Shown here piece by piece: positions 49,005 through 49,040 of a DNA stretch of 49,040 bases. The notes under the pieces are model-generated. The model saw nothing but the letters and a program-made list of their open reading frames with translations, was not told the origin of the DNA and ran no database searches. The stretch is taken from contig NC_068982.1 of assembly GCF_001194135.2 (NCBI RefSeq), forward strand, positions 26,725,241 through 26,774,280, in the 5' to 3' direction. The number at the start of each line of letters is the position of its first letter. The stretch's first letter is position 1. Source of the DNA: Octopus bimaculoides (Eukaryota). Both the position numbers and the translations under genes were made by a program.

Positions 49005-49040
49005 CATATATATATATATATAGTATATATATATATATAT

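Overview
This is eukaryotic, AT-rich genomic DNA with ten N-gaps (about 2.6 kb in total), dominated by microsatellites and decayed transposable elements. The SINE and microsatellite repertoire resembles what I recall of Octopus (coleoid cephalopod) genomes; this is inference, not a database result. No host protein-coding gene can be supported, and most ORFs in the track are microsatellite or N-gap artefacts. Recognisable elements are: many Penelope-like element (PLE) fragments (RT, linker, GIY-YIG, terminal repeats), a Helitron with PIF1-helicase remnants and both termini, a non-autonomous Helitron, an RTE LINE, an R4/Dong-type RLE LINE, a CR1/L2 3' end, an Academ-like (XPG-type) remnant, two mariners, hAT-type elements, a TTAA-ended MITE and several tRNA-derived SINEs. 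The most interesting signal is a set of minimal type I hammerhead-ribozyme motifs in several PLE terminal-repeat families. One is fully canonical (42697-42743) and several share an extra purine after the CUGANGA core. Other highlights are an uninterrupted GIY-YIG segment that starts exactly at a strong splice acceptor (35698) and a 56-bp-arm hairpin (42213-42336).
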